Source: Octopus vulgaris
Lineage: Eukaryota
Length of the DNA: 64,000 nt
Assembly (NCBI GenBank): GCA_951406725.2
Contig: OX597816.1
Location: forward strand, 30,442,001-30,506,000
Direction: 5' to 3'
In this document: in pieces, positions 52,600 through 64,000 of the stretch
Layout of the letters: each line of letters begins with the position of its first letter
Position numbering within the stretch: the first letter of the stretch is position 1
Position numbers and translations under genes: made by a program
Notes under the pieces: model-generated
What the model saw: only the letters and a program-made list of their open reading frames with translations
Database searches by the model: none
Told to the model about the DNA's origin: nothing

Positions 52600-53110
52600 A
52601 GCCTGTTCACTAGTGGTTTATACTTTTACAAAACGAACTTTCCTTATTCATTTTTAGTTTGGTCTGCAGAATTGTCTGCACATTAGTGTTATGGGAAAAG
52701 AAGACTTTGTTTCCGCGCATGTGCCCAGATGCTTACTGAGTGGAATTTGTCTAGTTTTGGGATCACGTATTTGTTGAGGGTGAACATCACTCTCATTCTG
52801 AAAGTGAGTTTCGCTTGTCCATTGTTGTCCTCCCTGCATCCATTGCATTTGAGCATGTACTAAATTTTATAAAGAACAAGTAAAACGTTTTTTCACAATA
52901 AAAAAAACTTGTCCTGATTGAAATTTATAAGTAGTGTCCTCAATAAAGTTCTCACAATTTCCACAATTGGATCGGCCACAGCTTTTAACTGTGGAGTTGA
53001 GTCCGCAGTTTACATTCTTTCCCATTGGTAAGTAATATTTTTGAGCTTGGTTGCCTTTTGCCTTAGATTATTTTTTATGATTCAAGTGTCTTTTTCACTC
53101 TTGGGTCTTG
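52600..53110 (-). mobile_element. Penelope-like element GIY-YIG endonuclease remnant (Neptune-like)
   Basis: QDPRVKK..KRQP..TVKSCGRSNCGNC..RFTCS and LKCNGCRE..GQ..QQIRDPKTRQIPLSKHL..KYKP, broken by frameshifts and stops. Confidence 0.75.
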
Positions 53111-53399
53111 GCTCAATAACCACACACACACACACACATACAAACAGAGTCTCACACAGACACATATCGATCTCACTCCATAAATGATAGTTATTTTTCG
53201 ACTAGAAACCTGAACGTAAAAGAAACAAATCTAAATACCGTAAGTCATTTAATACTAGAATAAACAGCTAGTGACATCCGAACACCACCACCACCACCAC
53301 CACCACAACTACTACCGCCACCACCATAATCAACAACAACATCACTCCCACTCGCGGCCGCAGCTTTTGCTGCAACTACTACTACTACTACTGCTACTG

Positions 53400-53446
<47 letters not shown>

Positions 53447-53447
53447 G

Positions 53448-53581
<134 letters not shown>

Positions 53582-54879
53582 AGTAGCATTGACGATGTCG
53601 ACAATAATGTTTTCCGCCTACGACATAAATGTCGACTGAAGATGTTTTAATTATTTTTTTCCCAGTTTTACATCTTTTCCATTTGCTAATCGGTATGAAA
53701 TTTAGAAATTACTGAAAGTGAGATGATCTCATAAATCCGAATTAAAATAAATAGTAACACAACAATGTCAATCCGAACTAAAAGAAATTTTTTTTTTTAA
53801 ATGATACAAAACGAAACAAAACAAGAACAATCAAAATTGAATATTAAAATATAGTCAAAATGCACGCACACGCACACACACAAATTTACACAAATGATAA
53901 ATAATGTCAAGGAAATGTGGATGGAACCCTCGGTGCATGTTTTAGAGATTATGGTTTATCGAAACTTTACTATTTGTCTTTCACAAACATCGTAATTTCA
54001 ATCCTCACACTCTCTCTAACATACACACACTTGCTCAAGAACGCAGCGCGCCGCCCGGAATCGTACTCATGGGCCGAATACCCCTAACCACGGAGCCACG
54101 CATCTTCACTCTCTTAACCGTAGACGAAAGGAGTGAAGCGATTGAGACAGAAAAAGGAAAGCCTCAGTCATTTAAAATGTCAATTAGACTGAAGTACAGT
54201 CGTTCTTTTCTAGCTTCTTTACTTTTAACAAAGAAGAAGAGAGAAATACATTTAGTAATAAATAGAGGTGTTTACGTTTTCATTCTGGGAATTCTAACAC
54301 GATCGACTATTTGTTTTCTCTTCTTCCCTTCACCCCGGTACTTAATCGCCTTCTTACATAGCTCTTCATGTCTTTGAGCTGGGGGGGGGATCATGTCTTT
54401 TTTCAGGCACGTCTAACGTTTCCTCTACAAACTACAAACAAACCCTTCTACCTTCCTTTTTTTCTCATACAAAAACAAATGCAAATTTCAAACGGATTAT
54501 AGCTGTGAAAAAGCCCAGAAAATGGGTAATGCCTCTTACAAAATGGGTGAGAGAGAAAAGTGTGTGTGTGTGTGTATTTGTGTGTCCCCTCTCCCATCGC
54601 TTGACAACCGATGTTAGTTGTTAGTGTGCTGCGTCCCCGTAACTTAGCTGTTCGGCAGAAGAGACTGACAGAATTAGCACCAGACTTGAAGGAATAAGTC
54701 TAGGGGTCGATTTCTTCGACTAAAGTGTGGTGATCAGTATAGCCACAGTCAAATGACTGAAACAAATATATATACAAATAATGGAAAGAATCTGAAACTG
54801 CAGGAGTTTGTTTCTAAAAAGAATTTAACTTAACCAGTTTCACTTATTTAAAAAGATTTCCAAAAGTAAATTGTGAAGT

Positions 54880-55275
54880 TTTGTGTATCCTCTGTGGTGT
54901 CAAAAATTAGTTTACAAAAATGTATTCAAATCAAGCGATAGAGTCTTTGGCAATGATAAGAAAAATTTTGAGGCCTTGTGTATCCTTTGTGATGAGTCAA
55001 GAAATAATTTACATAAAAATATTCAGATCAGGTAATAAACATTTTTTAAATAATAATAATAAGAAAAAAATTAGTTTACATGAATATATCTCGAGCAAGT
55101 AATAGAGTCTTTGACAAGAAGATAAAATATGTAATTCCTCTGTAGTGAGTGAAATAGTTTACATAAAACATTGAGATCAGGTAATAATTTTTTTTACAAT
55201 GATAAGGTGAAAATTAGTTTACATGAAAACATCCCGATCAAGTAATAGAGTCTTCGATAAGAAGATAAAATATGT
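54880..55275. repeat. Degenerate minisatellite with alternating units
   Basis: Approximate motif AATTAGTTTACA..ATCA(A/G)GTAATA at about 54905, 55003, 55068, 55152 and 55211. Confidence 0.7.
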
Positions 55276-55522
55276 AACTGACCATTTGAAGTTCTCGGCT
55301 CTGGCTTTTCAGGGTCTTCCATCTGGCTGGAATGTGGCAGTTATAAAAAGAATTGCCGGATGACATTGGAATTTTGTGGATGTATCATTAATATATATCA
55401 TTTTCAGATAAAAGGAAGATTTTATACAGAAGAATTCCAACTCTGTTTATAACTGCCAAACTCCCGCCAGATGCAGGACATATAAACATACTCGAAACCT
55501 TCTTATCAATCGTCAACTACAT
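55270..55522. mobile_element. MITE-like inverted-repeat element
   Basis: CATCTGGCTGGAATGTGGCAGTTATAAA (about 55320) is inverted at about 55438-55473; partial copy at about 55600-55672. Confidence 0.5.
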
Positions 55523-56187
55523 TGTTACCTGTGACTATCAGCCACCTTACACTATTTTTACACCTGAAAACGAATATTGGATGACAATAGCATTTAAGAG
55601 ATATATCATTACAATTTATCAGTTTTAGATAAAAGGAAGAATTGCAACTCTATTTATGACAGCCAAACTCCAGAATTATTTTGTCTCTTCCTCGTTAGGT
55701 AGTATTTCCACTCTAACATCTCTATTTAGTTCCTTGTAAAATCTATTTTGATGTTTTTCAAACACCTTGTTTTGTCTAACCTGTTCAGTTCTGTTATCGT
55801 ATCATTTGATTTTGGCAACTTTCGTTTTTATCCTTTGTCTTAATTATTTTACTACACTTCTCTGTCTTCGCTGTTATCAGTTCCACCTCATTTATGCCGT
55901 TGTTCAATACATTTATATTTGACATTTTCACTCATGCGGAGGGTTGTGGTGATCAAGTAACACAACCAACGGTGTCGTTTTTTTTCTTGAGATACTATCT
56001 CTAGCGTGGTTGTCAACCAAAGAGCCACTCCACCTTACAGGAACTATATCTTGTCCAACGGTGACCTGAAGGTAGTTATGAGTAAGGGTAACCTCATTAT
56101 TCCCACGTGGAAACCGCACAACCGTATGCAGATTCACGTCGTATCCAGGACGTGTTTTTCGCGGCTCCTGTGGCCAATGAAGGAGGA

Positions 56188-56247
<60 letters not shown>

Positions 56248-56278
56248 GTTATTATTATTATTGTTGTTGTTGTTGTTG

Positions 56279-56313
<35 letters not shown>

Positions 56314-56344
56314 GTTATTATTAATATTATTATTATTATTCCTC

Positions 56345-59300
56345 ATTCATAAAACAGTGTAGATAAAAATGCACCGGAGTCTTTAGTCATCTATCAAGTC
56401 ACAACAAGGACCTCAAAAATTTTCCTTAAGATGTGCGCTGTGCCCAATAAGGCTGTTTTTTGCAAGTCATCAATCTTGCATGGGATTTCCAGTCGCCTTA
56501 AGAAGACTTGAAGTTTTAATGGCTTTGAGCCCAACGCTCCGATCACCACTGGTATCAGTTTTACATCGCCCTCTCGCATTCCATACAATCTTGCCATTTT
56601 CATTTTCAATTCGGAGTACTTGGAGAATTTTTCAGCCTCTTTACTTACGGTATTCATGTCATTTGGTATGGCTACATCAATGATCTGACATTATTTGCCT
56701 CTCTGATTCAATATGACAATATCCTGCCAAGGGTGTTCGATTACACGATCCGTCTGAAAATCATTGTCCCAGAGTATCGTTATTTTCCCATTCTCCTGCA
56801 TAGCTTTTACTTGGTACATGACCATACCAGTTCTCTGTTACTTCATATTCGTATTTACTGCATAAGAGCCAACGAAGATACACAAACATTGCATCGTGGC
56901 GGCACTTGTATTTTTTTGTGCAAGGCTCTCACATCCGCTTACCAAATGGGTCATATTTTCCACACTATTTCCAGAGTCTGTATTTCTGGGTGTCAGACGT
57001 TTTATAGATGTTATACTTCACTGAATTGGTTGCGAGAGCCTGGTCTTGTGCAGCAATGATCAGGCTTTCAGTGGTACGCTTCAAATCAGTTCGCTCAAAC
57101 CATGCCCATGATGCTGTATCATCATTAACGTCTTGTGTATTCCTTTCAAACTTTCCATGCATTCTCATTTCAAGAAGGTCTTCTTTTCTCTTCTCCTCAG
57201 CTCTTTAGTTAAACTCGTCTTTGACCATCATTTCATCTGCATTTACACCCATATCTTTTGCGGCATATTGCAGCAGGTCTTCATCACTATTTATCAAAGA
57301 TTCGGCTAGCGTTCTCTTGGCTTTGGTTTTTATGAGTCCCTCTTTTGTTTGGAGCTGTAGTCCTGTATGCCATTTTCCATAAAGTATTTTATAAATCTTA
57401 TGATTATTGGTGCTACCTTGTTTATGGCTAGTGTTTCTAGGATCCATGTGTGGGGGATGCTGTTAAAAGCCTTTCGGTAGTCGGTCCAGGCCATACCTAG
57501 GCCTTTCTTCTTTCTGCGGCTGTCTTAAGTTATGGCTTTATTGATCACTAGCAGTATCGCCCGGCGTTGCTCGGGTTTGTAAGGGAAATAACTATATAAG
57601 CATTTTTAGAGAGTTACTTCCCTTATAGATGCCAATTCGGGCTTTCTTAGCCATTTCTGTTTTGGTGTCTTCAAGCCATGAAGTCGTTGTTCTAAAAGAA
57701 CGCTGGTCTCCTTGACAACGCTTTACGACGTTGATTTCCTCACACTCCCTTCCCCACAGCTTCACGAGGGAGGGAAGAAGGGGGAAAAGCAACACAGGTG
57801 CAGGTGTGACCATGGACGCCAACTCCGCCGCCATCGACACACGAAAAATTATGCATTAAAATGGAATAAAAAATGATGTTAAATTATTTTTAAAATCATA
57901 GACTCATCGTAGACGCGCGCTAATAGCCAGATGGGCTCGATATGAATCACGACTATAAGATACCCGAATTTGGTTAAACTGCACCGCAAAATGTGGGAGT
58001 AGTTAGGAATCTAAATCGAAGGGGACAGACACTCATACAACTACAGTTTTATATATATAGATTAGTTGATCTTTACAGCCGTATGGCCCTTACAGCACCC
58101 CTTCTGCTCTTCAGGAAACAGACTGTTTTCTTTCAGATGCCTGCTCAATCTTTGGAATAATATTGCAGTAAAGGCTTTGTAAATTGTAGGGAGACAGGTT
58201 ATTGGTCTGTAGCTTTGTGAGCTTGCCGTTTCAGTGGATCTGGGAATTAGGATAGGTTTCCCTTTCGTGAGCCATTCGGGCATTGTTTCTGGCTCTGCTA
58301 GTTTTCAGCCAGATTTTTGTGTGTTGCTGTCTGATATTTTAACCAGTAGTTGGGGATCTTGTCGTGCCCAGGTGCCTTCCAGCTGCTTAGTTTTTGCAGT
58401 GCCTGGGTGACCTCTTCAGTTGTTATAGGAGTCCAGAGTTGTTCAGGTGCTAATTTCGTTGTTTTAATAGTCTTTTTCTGAGGTTGTTCCTTCGCCGACC
58501 ACATTTATTCCCAAAATTCTTCCACTTCTTTTGCTGCTGGTGCTGCAATGATGTCTATTTCAATTTTGCCAAGTTCTCGGTAAATATTTTTGGGGTTGGA
58601 GTTGAACTATTTGTTTTGTTCAGAGAAACGTTGGTGTTTCTCATACCGGCGGATCCTTTGTGCTTTGGCAAGGATATCTTGCTTTAGCTTTTCTTTTATC
58701 TCAGCTAAATTTTTTTCTGTAATGTTGTATTTGCGCAGAATTTTTGTTGCCTTCTTGTTGCTTAGTAGTGTTGATTGTCTACTAATTTCGTCAAGAACTG
58801 ACAGATCTTTTCTCTTTTTTTCTTTTTTTTTGGATATTATTTATCCACGGTTTTTTTGAGGGTGGTGGTATTCTTGTTTGGATGGATTTGAGGGAGTATC
58901 CAGCTTCATTTTGTGGCTGCAGTGGCCGCTGCATCCATTTTGTCATTTAGCTAGGTGATATTGACATTTGTTTATTTGGCTATTAGTTCCGTGACGGCCA
59001 GGTTCATGCTATTTAATATTCATGTTTTTTTTTCTATTTTGATTTTTGGTAGGTATAATTGGTGTTCCATTCTGAGATCTGTGGTTTTCAGTTCTTTGAT
59101 TATTCTCATTTTTATAGTATCATAATCATTAGGTTCCCCTTCACTGTTTCCAGGTTTTAGATTTGTTTTGCCCTCCTCATTCATATGATTGTCTGTGGTG
59201 TTCTGGATTGGTGCTTTTTGTACATTATTATACATTGCTACGGTTTGGGTTTGTTGTCTTTTGTTGTTTACTTCGTTTTTGTTGGAAATGTTACGTCTGT

Positions 59301-59923
59301 CTTTGTGATTTACTATTTCAGTGTTTATATTATTTGGCATTGCTTTGTGGTTACTATCTACATTTTTCTGATGTAATTTTTCCTATTAAATGTTCTATTT
59401 CTATTTCTGATATTTGTTTTGTTTTGAAAATATATCTTCGTATGTTAGCTAGTTTATTAGGGTTCATTGCTTTTTCCAAGTCTTTGTTTAGGTTATTTTT
59501 CTTCTAGATTTATATGTATATGTTGTGTTTTCGTTTTTTGGGTAGAGAACTGCTGTAAAATAAGCGTGTAGGATTGAAATATATTCCTCACGTGTCTATT
59601 TATGCCGTTTTGGTATTATTTGCAGGACATAAGGGACAACGGCCGGCCCTTTATTTTGACGGTCACCATTTTCATAGGGTACCGGTCCGTTCATTTATGT
59701 TAAATTGTTTTGCACGTGTAGCTTTCCGTACATTTTGTATAACAAGTTTAAAGTACGCACCTCCCGATTGTTATTCTTGGGTTGAATAGTACGGTATTAT
59801 TTAATTTATTTGTAATCTTTTAGTACATTGTGTTTGAGGTCGGAAATGGACTGGTGTTGATTGATTGTAGTGTGTCGAGCGTGTTTACATGTACTGTGCG
59901 ATCGACTAGTCCCCTCCCCGGCG

Positions 59924-59925
<2 letters not shown>
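56345..59925 (-). mobile_element. Long R4/Dong-clade LINE; RT internally deleted and interrupted by a Helitron
   Basis: WKAPGHDKIPNYWLK, YRPITCLPTIYK..EEQKGC, DYRKAFNSIPHTW, then a jump to IIAAQDQALATN, ILWDNDFQTD, KFSKYSEL..PVVIGALG..LQKTALLGTAHILRK; (TAA)n tail. Confidence 0.9.
57548..58061 (-). mobile_element. Non-autonomous Helitron (514 bp)
   Basis: 5' TC, 3' hairpin CCCGAGCAACGCCGGG plus CTAG, inserted at A|T with no TSD; removal restores the LINE frame KDQLMINKA. Confidence 0.9.
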
Positions 59926-59993
<68 letters not shown>

Positions 59994-60005
59994 TGTTATT
60001 ATTAT

Positions 60006-60463
60006 TGAGTGAGAGAGCAGTTCATGCCATCAAAGTGACACTGGGGTAAAAAATACGAAGCCCAGTATACCCATCATGACTACCCGTCTGATAAGAATAC
60101 ACCAGGCACATGCATCACAACCATATGTGCGCGACATGGTGATCTCATATCAAGATAAACAGCGCATGACCTTGCAGGTGGGCCTCGTTAGAATTTTCTT
60201 CTGGTCGAGTAGCCCATCCCGCTCAAAAGGTCCCTGAATAAGGATTGTTTAAGGATGTTGAACGAACCACCCATGTTTCCAAAGATGAATTATCCAAACC
60301 TCTAAAAATTCCTTTCAACACAAGGCTATGATGATCCCCCACTACTTGTGCTCGTGATCAGAGATGCACATATCGTCAGCCACTAAGGGACATAGTCAAC
60401 TGGTTAAGGTCAAACAAATGACAAGCAAATCTGTGGTATTGAGCAGAATATTTGCTGTAGCCA
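60006..60463 (-). mobile_element. Third copy of the probable R4/Dong 3' UTR repeat
   Basis: Reverse complement of 14266-14720. Confidence 0.65.
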
Positions 60464-60517
<54 letters not shown>

Positions 60518-60521
60518 GTTA

Positions 60522-60556
<35 letters not shown>

Positions 60557-60566
60557 GTTGTTTTCA

Positions 60567-60632
<66 letters not shown>

Positions 60633-60637
<5 letters not shown>

Positions 60638-61110
60638 TAGTTTTATTTTTATAGCGTGCTTTCACTTCACTACCGAGTGCAGCTCTGTGTGCCTTGGGTA
60701 TGTGCTGTGATTTATTGTGATGCTCTGATGGTTATTGTATGGAAAGTGTTCTGCGTAGGATGTGTGCAGCGCCTAGTAGTGCAATTTTCTGTATGTTATA
60801 TGTGTTTGTAAGTCCTGGTGTTTTTGTTATGTATTTGTCTGAATATTTTTTTATCATGCCTAATGCACCTACTATGATAAGAATTGTTTCTGTTTTTAGA
60901 TTCCATATTCTGGTTACCTCTATTTCCAGGTCTTTGTATTTTGAAAGTTTCTCCATTTCTTTTAGAGACACGTTGTCATCTGCCGGTATTGATACATCAA
61001 TTAGAAAGCATTCTTTTTCTTCATGATCTCTGACAACTATATCTGGTCTGTTGGCCTTAATTTCTCTATCTGTGTGTATCGGCATATCCCAGAGTATGGT
61101 TGCTTTCTCG
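60633..61110 (-). mobile_element. R4/Dong LINE 3' fragment with an open endonuclease reading frame
   Basis: ILWDMPIHTDREIKANRPDIVV..LIDVSIP..EKLSKYKDLEIE..IIVGALG..ALLGAAHILRR; between (TAA)n tracts. Confidence 0.9.
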
Positions 61111-61189
61111 TTATTATTATTATTATCATTATTTTTATAATTGTTTTTGTTGTTGTCATCATTATTATTACTTATTACATCATCAGGGA

Positions 61190-61800
61190 TTTTGCTTTTC
61201 ATATCCTAATGTTTCTACTCCTTTCAAAGCCCAGTATCCGCCAACACTTTGCTACAAAAGTGACGATGAGCTAACAGCCAACGTTATCCTCAACATTCTT
61301 TACGATGACTCCCATGCTGCGCCATTCCACATGCTGTGGCACTAACCTACAAGCAGGTGCACCATGTAACTTCTCAGCCTTTGCTCTTGCTTCGCTTTCA
61401 GTTTTGGAAATCAAGCACACTGTTCCATAAGACCCACATGCGAGATGTTGGAAATATTGGAAATATTGCCACGCATATCGATCAGAGCTTCTAATTTTTG
61501 TTTTCAGACCATAAAGAAACATCTTAGCAATTTTAGAGATGCTGAAATATGTAACTCTGTTCCTGGTTTGCAATTGCGTTGAGTTCAGGTAAGGACGCAT
61601 TTTTCTTTGTCACTTAAATGCCACATCGATAATTTTTGCTAGGTCACTCTTGATCAGTGCTCCTCTTGTGCTAGTAATACTAGCAAATGAAATGATGATG
61701 GTTTCATTTGTCCCACTCAGCCAAAATATTTTTGCTCTTCAAGGTTTGCTATCATTATTTGGTAAAAATGGATGAATCCGTTATCGTTGTCTCCGTTGTC
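61190..61800 (-). mobile_element. Divergent ORF1-like retroelement remnant
   Basis: GSYGTVCLISKTESEA..RLVPQHVEWRSMGVIVKNV resembles the RRM-like region of Tx1/L1-type ORF1. Confidence 0.4.
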
Positions 61801-61974
61801 TCTTACTGATTTTGTTGTGGTTGATAATTGTTGATTTTTAACACTATTGTTCAAACTGTTTAAAATTCAGTCTCAACTCTTTAAATATCATTAATATTTT
61901 AAGTGTAGAATGCGATGTGTCTTGCTGCGAAGGCATGTGTAGTTGTCGTTGTTGAAATCGTCATCCTCGTAATT

Positions 61975-62196
61975 GCTGTTATTGTTGTTGTTGTTGTTGT
62001 TCTTGTTGTTCTTCTTCTCTTCTTCTTCTTCTTCTTCTTCTTCTTCTTCTTGTTCTTGTTCTTGTTCTTGTTCTTGTTCTTCTTCTTGTTCTTGTTCTTC
62101 TTGTTCTTGTTCTTCTTGTTCTTCTTGTTCTTCTTGTTCTTCTTCTTGTTCTTCTTCTTTTTCTTCTTCTTTTTCTTCTTCTTTTTCTTCTTGTTC

Positions 62197-62228
<32 letters not shown>

Positions 62229-62350
62229 CTTCTTCTTCTTCTTCTTCTTCTTCTTCTGCTTCTTCTTCTTCTGCTTCTTCTTCTTCCTCTTCTTCCTCCT
62301 CCTCCTCCTCCTCTTCTTCTTCTTCTTCTTCGTTTGTTTGTTTGTTTGTT
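61975..62350. repeat. (TTC/TTG)n low-complexity tract
   Basis: Direct trinucleotide repeats. Confidence 0.95.
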
Positions 62351-63446
62351 TCTTCTTTTCCTTTTTGTTCGCGTAATTACGCTCATTTTAATTGTTTTGT
62401 TTTTTTGTAGTGACGGCGTTTATCTGATGAAACATTATCTTCAGCTGGATACTGACAACAGTAGCAAAATAAAATTGTGTCCAAAAAATGGCTGTTTTAA
62501 CAACTCCCATAGTCTGGTTCAGAATACTAACACCTATTACCAAACACCTGTCGCAAATATTATCCAAAAAGAAATATTTTTCTTTCGGTTGTGCTTGATT
62601 AAAATCATAATTTTCGGTGAAGTTGATGACACGTACGCTCGAGGGTCCATTAAGCAACAACGACAACATCGACAACAACATAACATGAACGTAGATCCAG
62701 TTCAATGTCGTGTTGGCTAAATAAGCTAAAGAAGATAAAGTATGATATATGTAGAAATAATAAATACTAGAATTCCAAGAAAACGTAAAAAGGGCAAAAC
62801 TCTAGGAATGAATATAAATTAGACATTTTGGAAGGCTTAGATATATCAGAACAGAATCTAAATGCATTAGGAAAGTTGAAGAAATAAGGAAGAGTTACAG
62901 AGCCAAATTACCATTCTTGGCAGTAAGGAAAAGATAATGATATCCTGAAAAATAACATACCGGATGCCAATGTCATGTTATACTGGAGATTGGTACGTGT
63001 CACAGAAATATTACGTGTTGAATTTAAATGAAAAAAGAAAAAGGAAACCGCAAGAACACTGATAAGTGGGAAAAAATAGACTGGATAGGCGAACAAAAGA
63101 AGTAGAAAGATCTGAGTAAGTTTCAGCAAAACTCATGAAGTATCGCAGTAAATGCATTCATAGGAGTTTCAAAAAATGTGTGAAGGTCTTTGAAGAAATG
63201 AAACAAAATAAAAAGAAGGAAAATATGGTTAAGGGGATAATAATAATAAATAGATATCTACAGCACGAAAGGATATATAAAGAAAACAGAAGATTACATT
63301 TGAAATGAAAGTGTGAGGTACAAAAAAAATAATAAAAGCACGAATAAAATATGTAGTTCAAGCTAGAAGTAAGCCACAAGAATATTTGTAGTTCTGGATA
63401 GAATTTCAAAACATGCACACACGCGCACACACACGCACACACACGC

Positions 63447-63501
<55 letters not shown>

Positions 63502-63794
63502 TTCTTTTTTATTTAAACACTAAGATATTATCTGAGAAAACTTTTGGCTCCTATGCCTTGGATTACATTATCTAGCAGCTCCAACGACCACGAAGATTCC
63601 CTTTATACATACATACATACATACATACATACATACATACATACATGCATACATGCATACATGCATACATGCATGCATACATACATACATGCATACATAC
63701 ATACATACATGCATACATACATACATACATACATACATACATACATACATACATACATACATACATAAACACATACAAATATCAATGTAGATAA

Positions 63795-64000
63795 AAAGTG
63801 GAAACCTGGCAGAATTGGTCGGCAAAATGCTTAGCACTTTTTCGTCCGTTTTACGTCCGTACTGTGTTCAAATTTGACCCAGGTCGACTTTGCTTTTCAT
63901 CCATTCGGAGTCGATTAAATATCTACCATTTGAGCACTGGGATCGATGAAATCAACTTAACCCCTCCCTCGAACTTGTTGGCTTTTTGCCAAAATTTGAA
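63795..64000 (+). mobile_element. SINE B, diverged, at the window edge
   Basis: CTGGCAGAAT..AAATGCTTAGC..GTCGACTTTGCTTTTCATCC. Confidence 0.75.

Noticed and set aside
55930-56190. Possible HDV-like ribozyme in a LINE UTR-like segment
   Set aside because: The nested double pseudoknot could not be assigned by eye
62388-62705. 105-aa ORF with a hydrophobic N-terminus
   Set aside because: No recognisable domain; parts resemble a decayed R4 endonuclease (CLVIGVSI, PAEDNVS)
62913-62945. 33-nt micro-exon candidate on the minus strand
   Set aside because: Splice-like motifs only; no partner exons or recognisable protein

Overview
AT-rich, microsatellite-saturated, gene-poor eukaryotic DNA. The SINE families and simple-repeat landscape suggest an octopod cephalopod (Octopus-like) intron or intergenic region; this is an inference from recalled repeat families, not a database result. 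No intact protein-coding gene is visible, and most ORF-track entries are microsatellite artefacts. The window is a layered record of mobile DNA: three tRNA-headed SINE families (here A, B and C); R4/Dong-like LINE fragments in (TAA)n tracts; RTE LINE fragments; Penelope-like element (PLE) remnants; and ORF1-only Tx1/L1-like remnants. DNA elements include a TIR-to-TIR Chapaev3 copy, maT and Tc1 remnants, two Merlin-like MITEs, two Helitron-type elements and other MITEs. The most notable signal is a hammerhead-ribozyme theme. A 354-bp terminally redundant, heavily base-paired non-coding element (36666-37064) carries a near-canonical type I hammerhead and looks like a retrozyme. Further degenerate, variant or half hammerheads occur at about 40.8, 49.0, 49.7 and 51.9 kb, near PLE protein remnants. 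Also notable are site-specific self-insertion of SINE B, a HAL1-like ORF1-only element sharing the SINE B tail, and two exon-like segments with perlecan-like motifs.
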